In this document: in pieces, positions 19,011-32,531 of the stretch
How positions within the stretch are numbered: position 1 is the stretch's first letter
How the letters are laid out: the number at the start of each line of letters is the position of its first letter
Source of the DNA: an uncultured Chroococcidiopsis sp.
Lineage (GTDB): Bacteria; Cyanobacteriota; Cyanobacteriia; Cyanobacteriales; Chroococcidiopsidaceae
Reading direction: 5' to 3'
Assembly (NCBI GenBank): GCA_964248365.1
Contig: CAXTYC010000031.1
Span: 1-60,421 of the forward strand
DNA: 60,421 nt
Position numbers and translations under genes: made by a program
The notes under the pieces: model-generated
Seen by the model: the letters and a program-made list of their open reading frames with translations, nothing else
What the model was told of the DNA's origin: nothing
The model's database searches: none

Positions 19011-20141
19011 ATGGCAAATGTTCGTCTAGAAGACATTAAACGCAGATTTAATAACGTCACCGCGATTGAAGACATTACTTTTGAAGTTCCCAATGGACAA
19101 TTTTGGGTATTAGTGGGACCATCAGGTTGTGGTAAATCTACAGTCTTAAGAACGATCGCGGGTTTGGAAACAGCAACATCTGGAAAACTCTACATTGGCG
19201 ATGTTCTAGTTAACAATGTCCCAGCAAGAGTGCGGGATGTGGCGATGGTGTTCCAAAATTACGCCCTCTACCCTCACATGACGGTAGCACAAAACATTGC
19301 TTTTGGGTTGCAGATGCGCTCATACGATCCTAAGACTATTAAAGAACGAGTCGAGGCAGTAGCGCGATCGCTTGCTTTAGAACATCTGCTCGATCGCAAA
19401 CCAAAACAATTATCAGGAGGACAGCAACAACGGGTAGCATTAGGAAGAGCGATCGCACGTCAACCGCAAGTGTTTTTACTCGATGAGCCTCTGTCTAATT
19501 TAGATGCACAGCTAAGGGATGATACACGGGCGGAACTCAAACAATTGCATGAGCAGTTAGGGATTACTACTATTTATGTGACTCACGATCAGGTTGAGGC
19601 GATGACTTTAGCCGATCGCATTGTGGTATTAGATCGGGGTAGAATTCAACAGATTGGTGAACCGCAAAGCGTTTATGCTCGTCCAGCTAATCGGATGGTT
19701 GCGACTTTTTTGGGTAATCCTCCGATGAATATTATGCCTGCAATTTATACAGGCAATAATTTTAAAATCGGTGAGCAATTTTTACCTTGTCCACAAATTG
19801 TTAAGGATAGGATTCATCCGGTTGAGGGACAAGGTTTTGATTTGGGGATTCGTCCAGAGTATGTTTTTATTCACGAACCCCATAGCCTGGGGTTTAAACC
19901 CCAGGGAAGCAGAGAGCGCAAAGAGGAAGAGGAGAGTCGGCTAGTTGTTGAGGTGCGGGTGGTTGAGCCTTTAGGGAGGGAGATTTTGATTCGTACTGCT
20001 TTAGTGGGAACGAGTGTGCTGCTGAGTGTGCTGGGGGCTGCTGATGCGCGTTTGCGTGGGGGCGAGAGCTTATCTTTGTCGCTCGATCTCAATCAGTTGT
20101 TTGTGTTTAATGCTGCTACGGGTAATACTCTGTATCCCTAG
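19011..20141 (+). CDS. Sugar ABC transporter ATP-binding protein (MalK/UgpC family), stand-alone
   Basis: GPSGCGKST, VFQNYALYPH, LSGGQQQR, LLDEPLSNLD. Confidence 0.95.
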   Translation: MANVRLEDIKRRFNNVTAIEDITFEVPNGQFWVLVGPSGCGKSTVLRTIAGLETATSGKLYIGDVLVNNVPARVRDVAMVFQNYALYPHMTVAQNIAFGLQMRSYDPKTIKERVEAVARSLALEHLLDRKPKQLSGGQQQRVALGRAIARQPQVFLLDEPLSNLDAQLRDDTRAELKQLHEQLGITTIYVTHDQVEAMTLADRIVVLDRGRIQQIGEPQSVYARPANRMVATFLGNPPMNIMPAIYTGNNFKIGEQFLPCPQIVKDRIHPVEGQGFDLGIRPEYVFIHEPHSLGFKPQGSRERKEEEESRLVVEVRVVEPLGREILIRTALVGTSVLLSVLGAADARLRGGESLSLSLDLNQLFVFNAATGNTLYP

Positions 20142-20955
20142 CTGGTTTTTTGTGATCAAAAGTCAGAAACTCCCAAGCCTTGCTCCTAGCTGGGAGCATA
20201 GGAGCGAGAATATTCAGGCTCTGTCTTAGAAAAAGTCTCCAAGGCTGGATTGTGTTTAAATATACTCAGCCGATATGTGCTAGGCTTGCCAACTCATAAA
20301 CGAACGAATACGGCCACTAACTTCCCGTTGGCGATCGCTGGCAAAAGCTTTATCATGGTCAGACCAGTCTTTATTGCTTGATTCAAGCAATAGAAGTAAA
20401 CTCTTTCCACTCTCGCTCAAGCGCTTGTTTAGGATTAGCAACTCCCTTTTGGATCTGTAACGTAGTTGCACTTTGGGAAACAATTTGTAGATCGGAACTG
20501 TTTACTGGTGATTGAGACATAGACAATTAGGCATATCATTAAGAGTAATGGGACAAATTTGGCAGCATTTGCCTCCTCTCATAAAATGCCCATCTGCAAC
20601 AAGGTAATTAGCAAAGTATTAGATTTTCTAATAAAAATTTCTTCTAGTCAGATAAGTAAATCTCAGATATTGCGTGTTTACACCACTACTTTCCGCTTGT
20701 TGAGTAAAAACAGCAATTTAACAGATTTGATATAACTTTAGTGCCGTTAGGCTTAGGCGTTGGTTCTATTCCTTTAGGAAAATGCAAATCTGTACCTGTG
20801 GTAGAAGATAAGTGTAGCAGGAATAGTTACATTACTTAATAAGACAAGGAACCAGTGCAGGGAGCTTTCAAAAAGGGTGCAAGGGAGAATAAAGATTTAC
20901 TCTCATGCAATTTTTTCTGTTCCTCTGCCTTTTTTTTTATCTGCTACCTTAGCAA

Positions 20956-21159
20956 TTATTTGTGTTGCTGGCGATACTCTGTAGTGAGCATCCCTGCAAA
21001 TCCCCAGTTTTCCGGCTCTACCTCATCAATAATAATGTACGTATGTTCTGGTTGTTTGCCAAGTACGCGCTGTAATGTGTGGGTAATCTCCTCAACTATC
21101 TGTGCCTTTTGTTCCTTAGTTACGCCGTCTTTTGTGATGCGAACATTCACGTATGGCAT
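20956..21159 (-). CDS. 4-oxalocrotonate tautomerase family protein
   Basis: MPYVNVRI.. with Pro1; ENWGFAG. Confidence 0.9.
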   Translation of the reverse strand: MPYVNVRITKDGVTKEQKAQIVEEITHTLQRVLGKQPEHTYIIIDEVEPENWGFAGMLTTEYRQQHK

Positions 21160-21367
21160 CAGAATAACTCTCCTCCACCCGTTGGCAATTGCAATTATAT
21201 CAGCCCCAATGCCTGCAACTAAGCTGTGTGGAGCAGGAAGCGATCGCACCCGCTGATATTTCTATTTGGATACGATTTTGCCCAATCCACAGCGAAACAA
21301 AAATAGTGAAAATCAGTTTTTAGCGAACCTTTCTTAGTCTTTAAATCTAAAATCCATCCAAAATCGT

Positions 21368-22426
21368 TTAAACGACTTGTTTTACCTGGAACTGTTTTAA
21401 CTCATTGGGAGCGAATACGCCATGCTCGGTAATGATGGCTGTAATTAACTCGGCTGGAGTAACATCAAAGGCTGGATTGTAATATTCTGCTCCATTTGGG
21501 GTTATTATTGTATCACCAACTGCGTAAATTTCAACAGGATCGCGCTCTTCAATTGGAATTTCGCTGCCATTAGCTATGGCAAAATCGATTGTCGAAAGTG
21601 GAGCAGCTACGTAGAAAGGAATATTGTGTGCTTTGGCTACAAGTGCCAAACTGTAAGTACCAATTTTATTAGCTGTGTCGCCATTAGCGGCAATGCGGTC
21701 AGCGCCTACTACTACAACATTTACCATACCGCGCTGCATACAGTGAGCCGCCATGCTATCGGTAATTACAGTCACGGGTATGCCTTCTTGCACACATTCC
21801 CAGGCGGTGAGTTTTGCCCCCTGCAAGCGCGGACGAGTTTCATCGGCATAGACACGCGCCAATCTGCCATTCGTCCAGGCGGAGCGTACCACACCTAAAG
21901 CAGTGCCGTAGCCTGCGGTAGCTAAAGCTCCAGCATTACAGTGTGTTAGAATATTGAGTTGACTTGGCGTAGCAGGTAAAACTTCTAAACCGCAATCGCC
22001 GATCGCCTGACAAGTTTGTAAATCTTCAGCTTGGATTGTCTTTGCCGTTGTCAGCAAAACCTGTTTAATGTCTTCTACCGAGCCAAGAGTTTCGTAGGCG
22101 GTTTTCATCATGCGAGCGATCGCCCAAAACAAATTCACTGCTGTAGGACGAGTTGACCGCAACATTTGGGCTACAAGCTCAAGTTGAGTCAAAAACTTTT
22201 CTTTGTCCCCAGTTTGAATTTCTCGCGCCCCCAGGTACATCCCATAGGCTGCTGCTACACCAATTGCAGGCGCACCTCGGACAATCATAGTTTTAATTGC
22301 CACAGCCATATCTTCACAGCGGCTGATTTCGACAAATGCATACTCATTTGGCAACCGAGTTTGATCGATCAGTAAAACCGAGTCTTCTTGCCAAATTATC
22401 GGATAAACATGAGTTGAGGGAATCAT
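21368..22426 (-). CDS. mtnA: S-methyl-5-thioribose-1-phosphate isomerase
   Basis: [40 protein letters not shown]. Confidence 0.95.
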   Translation of the reverse strand: MIPSTHVYPIIWQEDSVLLIDQTRLPNEYAFVEISRCEDMAVAIKTMIVRGAPAIGVAAAYGMYLGAREIQTGDKEKFLTQLELVAQMLRSTRPTAVNLFWAIARMMKTAYETLGSVEDIKQVLLTTAKTIQAEDLQTCQAIGDCGLEVLPATPSQLNILTHCNAGALATAGYGTALGVVRSAWTNGRLARVYADETRPRLQGAKLTAWECVQEGIPVTVITDSMAAHCMQRGMVNVVVVGADRIAANGDTANKIGTYSLALVAKAHNIPFYVAAPLSTIDFAIANGSEIPIEERDPVEIYAVGDTIITPNGAEYYNPAFDVTPAELITAIITEHGVFAPNELKQFQVKQVV

Positions 22427-22564
22427 AATTAGGGGCTTGGGGCTTGGGGCTTGGGGCTAGAAAAAGGCAGGGGGGCAGGGGAGCTGGGGAGCTGGGGGGC
22501 AGAGGAGAAAATTCAATCCAAAATCCACGCATCCAAAATCCGCTCATTCCCTAGCCCCTAGTTT

Positions 22565-24478
22565 CTAGCCCCTCACAAGTGTTGATAACTGTTGACTAAA
22601 GAAAGCTTGTCGCACTGTTTCAGCCATTTGTGGACTGGTTAGACCTAATTGAGCTTTAGATTCATCTGGTTCTGCATGATCTACTAATATATCTGGTATA
22701 CCGATGCGTTTGACTGGAACGACTATATTTGCATCCAACAGCGCTTCGGCAACACCTGAACCAAAGCCGCCGATTAGACAGCCTTCTTCTAGGGTAACAA
22801 CGCGACCAATGTGCTTAGCTAGGGGTAAAATCAATTCTGTATCCAAGGGTTTGGCAAATCGAGCATTCACGACAGTAGCTTCGATTCCATGTTCGTGAAG
22901 AATTTCAGCTACTTGCATGGCTGGGTAAACCATTGAGCCAAAACCTACCATGAGTACGTCGTCACCATGCCGGAGAATTTCACCCTTACCAATTGGCAGC
23001 GCTTCCCAACCTTCTTCCATCAGGGGTACGCCATAACCGTTACCTCTAGGATAGCGCATGGCAATCGGACCATCAGTGTAGTTTACTCCTGTCACCACCA
23101 TTTTCTGAAGTTCGGCTTCATCTTTAGGAGCCATTAATACCATGTTGGGCAGACAACGTAAATAGGAAATGTCGTACATACCCTGGTGGGTGGGACCATC
23201 AGCACCGACAATTCCCGCCCTATCCATACAGAAGAAGACGGGCAAGTTTTGAATACAAACGTCGTGAATTATTTGGTCGTAGGCGCGTTGTAAGAAGGTA
23301 GAGTAGATTGCTACGACAGGGCGCATTCCTTCACAAGCTAAGCCAGCTGCTAGAGTGACGGCGTGTTGTTCGGCAATTCCTACATCAATATATTGCCCAG
23401 GTAATTTACTAGCAAGTTTATCTAGTCCAGTGCCAGTTGCCATCGCCGCAGTAATGCCAATAATTTTCGGATTATTTTCTGCTAGTTTAACCAAGGTATG
23501 GGCAAAGACTTTAGAGTAACCTGGGGGTTTAGGTTTACTAGAAGGAATAGATTTGCCTGTGTTGAGATTAAAGGGGTTTTGGGCGTGGTAGCCTACCTGA
23601 TCTTGCTCAGCGATCGCATAACCCTTACCTTTGACTGTAGCCACATGAACTAGGACAGGTCCTGTAATCTGGTGTGCTTGTTGGAACGTAGCAATCAGTT
23701 CCTCTAAATTATGCCCGTCCACAGGTCCAATGTAGGTAAAACCCAGTTCCTCAAATATCGCTCCTACCTTGGGTACGGCTAAGCGCTTCATTCCTTCCTT
23801 CAGGCGACCAAGTTCTGGAGAAAGGGATTCACCTACAAACGGCAGAGATTTAACTTGTTCTTTGAGATTATCTGAAAGAAATTGGACTGGTGGGCTGAGG
23901 CGCATTTTATTCAAATGTCGGGACATTGCGCCTACATTGGGCGAAATCGACATTTCGTTATCATTGAGCACTACCAGCAGGTTAGTTTTGGGCAAATGTC
24001 CAGCGTGATTAATTGCTTCTAGTGCCATACCACCAGTTAGCGCCCCGTCACCAATTACTGCTACGGATTTAAATTTGTCGCCTTTCATATCCCGTGCCAA
24101 AGCCATGCCCAACGCAGCGGAAATACTAGTTGAAGCATGACCCGCGCCAAAATGATCGAAAGGGCTTTCACAGCGTTTGAGATAGCCAGCAACGCCGTCT
24201 TTTTGCCGCAAGGTATCAAAACGGCTGTAGCGACCAGTAATTAGCTTATGTGGATATGCTTGATGCCCTACATCCCAAATCACCTTGTCGCGATCTAGGT
24301 CTAGGGTTTGGTAAAGTCCTAGTGTCAGTTCTACCACTCCCAACCCCGGACCCAAATGTCCACCGCTAGTAGCTACGGTTTGCAGATGTTTTTCACGAAT
24401 TTGACGAGCTATTTGCTGCAATTGTCGAATCGACAAACCGTGCAACTGATTAGGATGGGTGATTTCACTCAGGTGCAT
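22565..24478 (-). CDS. dxs: 1-deoxy-D-xylulose-5-phosphate synthase
   Basis: [40 protein letters not shown]; start at MHLSEI. Confidence 0.97.
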   Translation of the reverse strand: MHLSEITHPNQLHGLSIRQLQQIARQIREKHLQTVATSGGHLGPGLGVVELTLGLYQTLDLDRDKVIWDVGHQAYPHKLITGRYSRFDTLRQKDGVAGYLKRCESPFDHFGAGHASTSISAALGMALARDMKGDKFKSVAVIGDGALTGGMALEAINHAGHLPKTNLLVVLNDNEMSISPNVGAMSRHLNKMRLSPPVQFLSDNLKEQVKSLPFVGESLSPELGRLKEGMKRLAVPKVGAIFEELGFTYIGPVDGHNLEELIATFQQAHQITGPVLVHVATVKGKGYAIAEQDQVGYHAQNPFNLNTGKSIPSSKPKPPGYSKVFAHTLVKLAENNPKIIGITAAMATGTGLDKLASKLPGQYIDVGIAEQHAVTLAAGLACEGMRPVVAIYSTFLQRAYDQIIHDVCIQNLPVFFCMDRAGIVGADGPTHQGMYDISYLRCLPNMVLMAPKDEAELQKMVVTGVNYTDGPIAMRYPRGNGYGVPLMEEGWEALPIGKGEILRHGDDVLMVGFGSMVYPAMQVAEILHEHGIEATVVNARFAKPLDTELILPLAKHIGRVVTLEEGCLIGGFGSGVAEALLDANIVVPVKRIGIPDILVDHAEPDESKAQLGLTSPQMAETVRQAFFSQQLSTLVRG

Positions 24479-24705
24479 ACTTAAGTGTTCTCTCAAAGGT
24501 TGTGTCGTTGCTTCACCCAATACGACCCGTTCCAGACTTTTTCGTTTAGGTTCAGGTCACACAGGCGAATATGTTTACCTTCCTCACTGTAAAAGATTTC
24601 GTGTGCAATTCGTACATTTAGTAGGGAGTAGGGAGTAGGGAGTGTCCGAGTGTCCGAGTGTCCGAGGGGGAGAATGATTAATTACGAATTAAGAATTACG
24701 AATTA

Positions 24706-25458
24706 CTATAGTGCTGTTAGCAAGCAGAGTAATAAAGCCTCTGTCCATTCGACAACTGCGCCGTAGGTATCTCCTGTGTGACCACCCAATTGATGATTAA
24801 ACCAGGCTGCGGTTAAAAATGCGATCGCACTTCCGCCTAATGCCATTGCGACAGCCAACACAATGGAATCGCCTAACAATATCTGTAACCCACTCAAACC
24901 CAGTAGCAAGATTCCTACTGGTAGTAAATCCCAATGGGAACGAATGGCAGCTTTGTGAAATGCACCTTTACCAGTAGGCTTTAGGTATGGATATTTCGCT
25001 ATCGCTACTTGTTGTCCCCAGCGTCCCCATCCGCAAGCTGCCATCAATGCTAGCCAATGGGAAGAATTAAGATCACTCAGAGCAGCTGTTTTTAGTAAAA
25101 TAATGGCGATCGCTGCCATTGCTCCAAACGCACCCGTAGCACTATCTGCCATCACCTCTAACCGCCGTTGCGGATCTTGAACTGCCAAACCATCTGCTGT
25201 ATCCATTGCTCCATCTAGATGTAATCCTCCAGTAATAGCAATCCAACCCACTACCACCAAAGCGCTCCTCGTCAGTACTGGCATTCCAAAATAATTCATT
25301 AGCGCATCAAATAGCCCTAAAACTCCACCAATCAACAGCCCTACAGTGGGAGCCAGCCGCGCCACGCCGGAAAAGTCCAATTTTTCCACACCTGGTACAG
25401 GTATACAAGTATAAAAAGCAATGGCTGCTGCAATATCTAAACCAATTTGTTTCAACAC
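24706..25458 (-). CDS. cobS: Adenosylcobinamide-GDP ribazoletransferase
   Basis: [25 protein letters not shown]. Confidence 0.93.
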   Translation of the reverse strand: MLKQIGLDIAAAIAFYTCIPVPGVEKLDFSGVARLAPTVGLLIGGVLGLFDALMNYFGMPVLTRSALVVVGWIAITGGLHLDGAMDTADGLAVQDPQRRLEVMADSATGAFGAMAAIAIILLKTAALSDLNSSHWLALMAACGWGRWGQQVAIAKYPYLKPTGKGAFHKAAIRSHWDLLPVGILLLGLSGLQILLGDSIVLAVAMALGGSAIAFLTAAWFNHQLGGHTGDTYGAVVEWTEALLLCLLTAL

Positions 25459-25573
25459 CGTTGCTATCAGTCATTTCACCATTGCATCAATTTGACAATG
25501 CTATCAGACAATTCAGTTGCGACGGGTACAAATTATGATGGAGCTAGCAGTAATTCGGTAGTAAAGGTGATCT

Positions 25574-26182
25574 ATGGTCTTACTCGAAGACTTATGTATA
25601 GAAATACACGCTGAAGATCCAGAACAACGACAGTTAATCAGTGGCGTGAGTTGGGAACAATATGAAGCCTTCCTCAATGACTTAGGGGATAGCCCTAAGT
25701 ATCGAGTAACTTATTTAGATGGAGTGGTGGAACTAATGTCACCAAACCGTCGCCACGAACGTAATAAAACAAACATTGGTTCTTTAGTGGAAGCTTACTG
25801 TCAAGAAAAGCGCATCCGCTACTTCCCACTCGCATCTACCACATTGCGTAAAGAGGAAAAAAGAGGCGGTACGGAACCGGATGAATCCTACTGCATTGAC
25901 ACAGATAAAGAGTTTCCCGATCTGGCTATTGAAATTATTGAAACCAGTGGTAGTATCAGTAAGCTAGAAGTTTACAAGCGACTGCAAGTTCGGGAAGTTT
26001 GGTTTTTCAAGAAAAATCAGTTTGAAATTTACTATCTTCGCGGTGAAACCTACGAAAAGATTTCGCAAAGCCAGGTGCTACCCCATTTAAATCTGGCAAT
26101 GCTAGCACAGTATGCAGTAGCATCAGATCCCCTAGAAGCGGCGCTGGAATTTCGGGAAAAAGTGAAAGAGATGAACAGCTAG
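25574..26182 (+). CDS. Uma2 (DUF820) family protein
   Basis: SGVSWEQY, EPDESYC, PDLAIE, VREVWF. Confidence 0.9.
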   Translation: MVLLEDLCIEIHAEDPEQRQLISGVSWEQYEAFLNDLGDSPKYRVTYLDGVVELMSPNRRHERNKTNIGSLVEAYCQEKRIRYFPLASTTLRKEEKRGGTEPDESYCIDTDKEFPDLAIEIIETSGSISKLEVYKRLQVREVWFFKKNQFEIYYLRGETYEKISQSQVLPHLNLAMLAQYAVASDPLEAALEFREKVKEMNS

Positions 26183-26250
26183 ATCAATGTTCAGGTTGTC
26201 ATCGGTCATTGGTCTTGATTCATTGATAATTGATAATTGATAATTGATAA

Positions 26251-27366
<1,116 letters not shown>

Positions 27367-27505
27367 TGAGGGGCTGGAGGCTAGAGGCTAGGGGCGAGAG
27401 CAAGGAAACAGAGGGAGAACAAGACAATTTTTGAATTGTAAATTCCCATTTATGTTACGATATTTGTCAATTGAAAAAATCTGTGTTGGAAAGGTAAATT
27501 TAAGC

Positions 27506-27643
27506 ATGGAAGCCGCTCTTTTGTTAGCAAAACTGCCGGAAGCATATTCAATCTTAGATCCCCTAATAGACGTTCTTCCTCTGATTCCAGTATTTTTCTT
27601 GCTGCTTGCTTTTGTTTGGCAAGCAGCTGTGGGATTTAGGTAA
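27506..27643 (+). CDS. psbK: Photosystem II protein K
   Basis: [45 protein letters not shown]. Confidence 0.97.
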   Translation: MEAALLLAKLPEAYSILDPLIDVLPLIPVFFLLLAFVWQAAVGFR

Positions 27644-27839
27644 GAGGGCTGAATACCGCTGAATACCGCTGGGGGAGCAAAGGGGAGCAAAGGGGAGAAA
27701 TCATGAATTACCCTTTTCCCTTTCCCCTTTTACCTTTTCCCTTTACCCTACCCTTCGGGAACGCTTCGCGTACATTCTTTACCCTTTCCCCCTTGTCCTA
27801 ATTTTTAAATGTAGGGTGGGCAATGCCCACCTGTATTTT

Positions 27840-28400
27840 TCAGCCACCAAAACGCGATCCTATAGCCTTTTGAAAAGCAGGTCGCTCACTCATTTGTTTC
27901 ATATAGTTAACAACAGCTGGATATTCGCTCAAATCAAGCTTCAGCATAATGGGAATGTAACCCAGGATAGATCCGACGGCTACATCAGCAACACTAAACT
28001 GATTCCCAAGTAAAAAAGGTTGTTGCTCAAAAATTTGATTGAGTGGAGTCAACAAGCGCGGCATTTCGCGCTCACGATTTGCTTCCAGAAAAATTCCAGG
28101 TCCTAATGTAGCATTGGCAAACAAAACCCACTGGGCAATCTCGGCTTTTTGCTCTACAGCAGTTGGCTTACCATATTTCTCATTTAGGTAGAGTAAAATC
28201 GCGCCTGATTCCCAAAGCTTGAGATCTCCATCCACAATAGCCGGAACTTTCCCTATTGGGTTAATTGCCATGAATTCGGGCTGACGGTGTTCTCCTGCCT
28301 GCATATCCAGCATGACAAATTCGTAGGGAACTCCCAGTTCTTCAAGATACCACTGAACAATTGAGGCTCGGCTACGAGCGCCACCATAAAGTTTCAGCAT
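27840..28400 (-). CDS. Glutathione S-transferase family protein
   Basis: NPIGKVP, LWESGAILLYL, FSVADV. Confidence 0.93.
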   Translation of the reverse strand: MLKLYGGARSRASIVQWYLEELGVPYEFVMLDMQAGEHRQPEFMAINPIGKVPAIVDGDLKLWESGAILLYLNEKYGKPTAVEQKAEIAQWVLFANATLGPGIFLEANREREMPRLLTPLNQIFEQQPFLLGNQFSVADVAVGSILGYIPIMLKLDLSEYPAVVNYMKQMSERPAFQKAIGSRFGG

Positions 28401-28417
28401 AAAGACAAAAGTTGTTT

Positions 28418-28882
28418 TTAAAGGACTTGATGAGTATAAGCGTGTTGTTTTACGTTGTCGTCTTTGGTTACAACTCGCTTCATATTTAATACTCGCTTAC
28501 GCTCGGTGGAAAAATTGAAGTCAGCGCGCTTTGTACCTAGAGGAATTAGGGATTTGGCAATTTCACGACTCTTATAGGTACGAGCAGCCGCGATCGCCCG
28601 TTGCACAAATTCATTACTAAACTGAGACTGGGATGGGAACCCATCGGGAACAAGCAGTTTGTCACCGTCTATTACATTTCCCAATGTGCTAGCACAAGCC
28701 AGTTTATAGGAGGTGGGAATACCTTTAACAATTGCTTCCAAAGCAGCAGAGGGAATAGGTTCTATTACTTGGACTTCATGCACTTCACCATCTTCTTTGA
28801 CGAAGCAAGTGGCTAAACCAACCACAAGATAGTCTAGGGGCGATAAATCAGAAGCGTTGGGATAAACAGAAGCAGTGGTCAT
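28418..28882 (-). CDS. Conserved cyanobacterial hypothetical protein
   Basis: Long clean ORF from MTTASV; DYLVVGLATCF..EPIPSAALE..DNVKQH. Confidence 0.75.
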   Translation of the reverse strand: MTTASVYPNASDLSPLDYLVVGLATCFVKEDGEVHEVQVIEPIPSAALEAIVKGIPTSYKLACASTLGNVIDGDKLLVPDGFPSQSQFSNEFVQRAIAAARTYKSREIAKSLIPLGTKRADFNFSTERKRVLNMKRVVTKDDNVKQHAYTHQVL

Positions 28883-29563
28883 AAGTATAAGCTCGTCAAC
28901 AATCCAAACACAGCAGTTGTAATTGTTGCATTGTACCAACTTGTTAGGAAAGCGAGAGCGCTTTTAGCTTTTAGCAAAACAATTGAGGAGACAGGAGACA
29001 GAAGACAGAAGACACAAGGGGGAGCAATCTATTACGCGCTTACTCACGAGTGCGTAGTAGGCACAGATGAAGAATTAAATATTCTGATCTCCTAACGTAG
29101 GTGTCCTATCTCCTGTCTCCATTCTCCTGTCGTGGGTCGTGGGTCGTGGGTCTTCTTTTTCGGTAACTGGTAACTGGTAACTGATAACTGGTAAAAAGGT
29201 CAACGTGTATCTAAACACACCAGAGGAATGATTTGTTATATTTTCTGGAATTTAACCGAGGAAAGATGAATTATTCAGTATGAATTGGGAACTATAAAGT
29301 TTGAACGCCAATTCAGCCATACTGGTTAGCTATGAAAAACATGATTTTTGTTTCATAAGATTGTTATTTTGTCAAGTTACATAATTAATGGATGAAAACG
29401 CCAGTAGCGACGAGATAACCCTTGCCTCTACAAGACGAAATCCTTTAAATCTAAAATCCCAAATTGAGTTAGACAGATCGGCAAGTGCCACAACTGCTAA
29501 CCAACGGTAGCCACAAGAGATATAAGTTTAGTTTATGGAGCTAAAAGCTCAGCTGGTAACGAT

Positions 29564-30259
29564 ATGAGTAGAAAATTTTTAGAAACATCACAAGACAATC
29601 CAAGACACAAGAAATCCTCAGTAAGAACATCTGCTCAATCGTCATGGCAGCAGGAATTACTTGAGTCTGCTAGCTATTTACGCGCATGGGCTTCAGAAAA
29701 AGCGCAACAAGGGAGTTATGCCGAGGCGATCGCCGCCTTAAGTCAGCTGCTTAACCGCAATCCCCAAAATGCGATTGATTACAACAATCGTGGGCTAGTT
29801 TATTTCCAGGCACGTCAATTCGATCAAGCGATCGCAGATTACAACAAAGCACTAGAACTCAATCCTCGGTTAGCCAAAGCTTACAATAACCGAGCCAATT
29901 ACTACGCAGCGATTGGAGATTTATCAGCAGCACTCGCTGATTATGACCAAGCACTCGATTTTAATCCTAGCTACGTTCGGGCATGGCTGAACCGAGGCAT
30001 TACGCTACGAGATTTAGAACGCTATAGTGAAGCGATCGAAAATTTTGATATTGCTTTATTGCTAGGTCAACTCGAAGGACACATTTACGCCGAACGAGGA
30101 CGGACTTATCATCTTTGGGGTGACTGGAACTGCTGCATCGCAGACTACAATCGCGCTCTGGCTGTGCTACCTGAGCCACGTGCATCAAGTTCTGACCAGG
30201 CTAGTCGTTTGCGCTCCCAAGTCGAAACTTGGCTCAACCAACTAATGAGTAATTCGTAA
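29564..30259 (+). CDS. Tetratricopeptide repeat protein
   Basis: Repeated YNNRG...A.ADY..AL TPR units. Confidence 0.9.
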   Translation: MSRKFLETSQDNPRHKKSSVRTSAQSSWQQELLESASYLRAWASEKAQQGSYAEAIAALSQLLNRNPQNAIDYNNRGLVYFQARQFDQAIADYNKALELNPRLAKAYNNRANYYAAIGDLSAALADYDQALDFNPSYVRAWLNRGITLRDLERYSEAIENFDIALLLGQLEGHIYAERGRTYHLWGDWNCCIADYNRALAVLPEPRASSSDQASRLRSQVETWLNQLMSNS

Positions 30260-30286
30260 TTAAAAGCAGGAAAATTTAATTACAAA

Positions 30287-30679
30287 TTATTTTTTAAGTT
30301 GATTCTGCCAGAATACTTGCTTTTGTCCTGGCTCTAGCAAATTGCTTTGCTCTTTCATCAAAGTGTTTGCTTCGCGCGAATCAAAGTAGCGGTTAAAGTC
30401 TTGACGGAGATTATCGACACGTCCTTGTGCTTGCTGGACTTCAGTGTTAATTTCCTGCCACTTTTGTTGCTGTAACCACAAATAAGGCAAAAGTCGAGCT
30501 AAACCATACGCTGCCACAAGACAGACGATAACATTAGCTAACAGTTTGGCTGTATTTTCTAGCGCCATTACTCGGTAGGGATGGCGATTGAGGCGACGAC
30601 GAGTATTTTTTTGACGGGTAGCAACCTGACGGGTTTCTCTAGGTTGTAAAGGCGGTTTCGACGGTTGAATAGCTTGCAT
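30287..30679 (-). CDS. Slr1601-like putative cell-division (FtsL/DivIC-like) membrane protein
   Basis: Basic N-terminus, one TM helix, coiled coil; adjacent to psaM. Confidence 0.65.
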   Translation of the reverse strand: MQAIQPSKPPLQPRETRQVATRQKNTRRRLNRHPYRVMALENTAKLLANVIVCLVAAYGLARLLPYLWLQQQKWQEINTEVQQAQGRVDNLRQDFNRYFDSREANTLMKEQSNLLEPGQKQVFWQNQLKK

Positions 30680-31033
30680 AAGTGATGAAATGTTTACAAA
30701 GCTTACAAAATAACTTGTTACAATTCAAAAAGCGCGCGATCGCGCGTAATTTCCCTTGCAAATGTTTGGGATTTTTTAGATTGACTGACAAAAGTCATCA
30801 AAACACTACTGCTACTTAATTTATATTTACAACCGTATTTTTACGTAAATATTATTTTATTTTATATTTTTTTATACCTTTATCGAAACAGTTACCAGTC
30901 AACAGTTACCAGTTACCAGTGAACAGTAAACCTCTGCCCTGTGCCAGTGAATTGTAACTGACAATTGACAACTGATAACTGATAACTGACAACTGATAAC
31001 TGATATTGCCTCTAGTGGTAAAACTCTTGAGCC

Positions 31034-31132
31034 TTATTTGTAAAGTTCAGTCGCCAATCGCACAGCAAGAATGCCTGGAATCAGCGCTACCACTAGAGCA
31101 ATATAGATTTGAGTATCAGATATAGACGACAT
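31034..31132 (-). CDS. psaM: Photosystem I reaction centre subunit XII (not in ORF track)
   Basis: Manual translation MSSISDTQIYIALVVALIPGILAVRLATELYK; GGAGG RBS upstream. Confidence 0.95.
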   Translation of the reverse strand: MSSISDTQIYIALVVALIPGILAVRLATELYK

Positions 31133-31236
31133 GGTTCAAAACCTCCTAATCTCAAAGTAAGAATACTTTGATCGTTCAATACTTTCAAATACATTGCAGC
31201 ATTAGAGGCACAACTTGTTACAAGACTACATAAAAT

Positions 31237-32496
31237 ATGATTTCCCTAGGCATCGATTTTGGTACTTCTGGCGCAAGAGCCATAGTGATAGACGATGAAG
31301 CAAATGTAAGAGCAAAGGCAAGTTATGCTTTTGATCAATCACAATTGGCTGATGCAACACATTGGCAGACTGCTTTATTTTGCCTAATCAAGCAGATCCC
31401 TTTTGAACTACGTGGGGAAATTGGAGCGATCGCCATCGATGGCACTTCCTCAACTGTTTTACTATGCGATGCTGCTGGTAGTTTGCTAGATGCGCCCTTG
31501 CTATACAACGATGCACGGGGAATCGCAGTGATGGATAGATTAATTGGGATCGCGCCTCGAAATCACACTGTACTAAGCCCTACCTCTAGTTTGGCTAAGT
31601 TGTTGTGGTGGGAAGAGGCGAGCGATAAGGGGGAAGAGGCAAGGTATTTTCTTCATCAGGCAGATTGGTTAGCTTTTTTGCTGCATGGACAGTTAGGTAT
31701 TAGCGATTATCACAATGCTTTAAAACTAGGTTATGACGTAGAAAATTTATGTTATCCTGAGTGGCTAACCAATTTACCGTTGTTTCCCTTACTTCCTAAA
31801 GTTGTGGTTCCAGGTACATTGGTTGCGCCTGTGACAGCAGAAATTTGCCGACGCTTTGGCTTGAGGCAAGAGTGTGTAGTGTGTGCGGGTACGACTGATA
31901 GTATTGCGGCGTTTCTTGCTAGTGGAGCTTATAAGCCTGGAGAAGCTGTCACATCGCTTGGCTCTACCTTGGTACTCAAACTGTTGAGCCGCACCAAGGT
32001 AGAAGATTCAAGATTCGGAATTTACAGCCATCGCTTGGGAGAGTTATGGCTAACTGGAGGTGCTTCTAATACTGGTGGAGCCGTCTTACGGAATTTCTTT
32101 ACTGATGCCCAGCTAGAAAGTCTTAGCCGTCAAATTGATGTAGACAAAGAAAGTCCATTTGATTATTACCCATTGTTGAAACGGGGCGATCGCTTCCCCG
32201 TCAATGATCCCCAATTATTACCCCGACTAGAACCACGTCCAGAAAACTCTACCGAGTTTTTACATGGAATGCTTGAAAGTATTGCCCGAATTGAGGCACA
32301 AGGGTATAATTTATTACAACAAAAAGGTGCGACGGAGCTAAGTCGTGTATATACCGCTGGAGGTGGTGCGAGAAATTCCACCTGGACTGCAATTCGAGCG
32401 CGTCATCTTAAAGTTCCTCTAGTTTTGCCACTCCAGACAGAGGCTGCTTATGGTACAGCGCTGTTAGCAATGCGCGGTATGGTATCCACTATTTAA
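31237..32496 (+). CDS. FGGY-family carbohydrate kinase (D-ribulose kinase-like)
   Basis: GIDFGTSG, DGTSST, GTTDSIAAFLA, TAGGGA. Confidence 0.9.
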   Translation: MISLGIDFGTSGARAIVIDDEANVRAKASYAFDQSQLADATHWQTALFCLIKQIPFELRGEIGAIAIDGTSSTVLLCDAAGSLLDAPLLYNDARGIAVMDRLIGIAPRNHTVLSPTSSLAKLLWWEEASDKGEEARYFLHQADWLAFLLHGQLGISDYHNALKLGYDVENLCYPEWLTNLPLFPLLPKVVVPGTLVAPVTAEICRRFGLRQECVVCAGTTDSIAAFLASGAYKPGEAVTSLGSTLVLKLLSRTKVEDSRFGIYSHRLGELWLTGGASNTGGAVLRNFFTDAQLESLSRQIDVDKESPFDYYPLLKRGDRFPVNDPQLLPRLEPRPENSTEFLHGMLESIARIEAQGYNLLQQKGATELSRVYTAGGGARNSTWTAIRARHLKVPLVLPLQTEAAYGTALLAMRGMVSTI

Positions 32497-32531
32497 ACAA
32501 CAGCAAAGTGAAAAGGCGATCGCTCACTACC

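Noticed and set aside
20280..20520. Possible small frameshifted gene on the minus strand
   Set aside because: No recognisable family in either frame; cannot be supported.
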